Source of the DNA: Ministeria vibrans ATCC 50519
Taxonomy: Eukaryota > Protista > Filasterea
Reading direction: 5' to 3'
Assembly (NCBI GenBank): GCA_943704425.1
Contig: CALSCP010001570.1
Location: forward strand, 27,899-62,438
DNA: 34,540 nucleotides
The position numbers were made by a program, and so were the translations under genes. The notes under the pieces are model-generated. The model saw only the letters and a list, made by a program, of their open reading frames with translations. It was not told the origin of the DNA and searched no databases. Shown here piece after piece: positions 34,473 through 34,540 of this stretch (its first letter is position 1; the number at the start of each line of letters is the position of its first letter).

Positions 34473-34540
34473 GTACCATTTATTTGACTGAAAATGTTAA
34501 AAAGTTTGCTCACCTTTTTTTTTTTTTTTTTTCTCTGTCT

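Overview
Compact, intron-rich eukaryotic DNA with about 14 protein-coding genes in 34.5 kb. Introns are GT-AG and often filled with (CT)n, (CA)n or (TAA)n microsatellites; there are two N-gaps. I rebuilt gene models by hand by joining exons through in-frame GT-AG junctions. In order: glutathione synthetase (runs off the left edge), fused Glu-Pro-tRNA synthetase EPRS with at least 5 near-identical WHEP repeats, exosome subunit MTR3/EXOSC6, a single-pass mucin-GAIN/GPS membrane protein, an F-box/armadillo protein, a 3-domain gelsolin/severin, an acylated ERF4/GOLGA7-like protein, a small basic C19orf53-like protein, a DEAD-box helicase, an RSBN1/DPY-21 JmjC demethylase, COP9 subunit 7, a REC8-like kleisin almost invisible in the ORF track, the dynein-docking protein CCDC151/ODAD3, and mitochondrial aspartate aminotransferase (runs off the right edge). 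Fused EPRS, RSBN1, an adhesion-GPCR-type GAIN domain and ODAD3 together suggest a flagellated unicellular relative of animals (inference only). The most unusual item is an adhesion-GPCR-like autoproteolytic ectodomain on a single transmembrane helix with a PDZ-type tail and no 7TM bundle.
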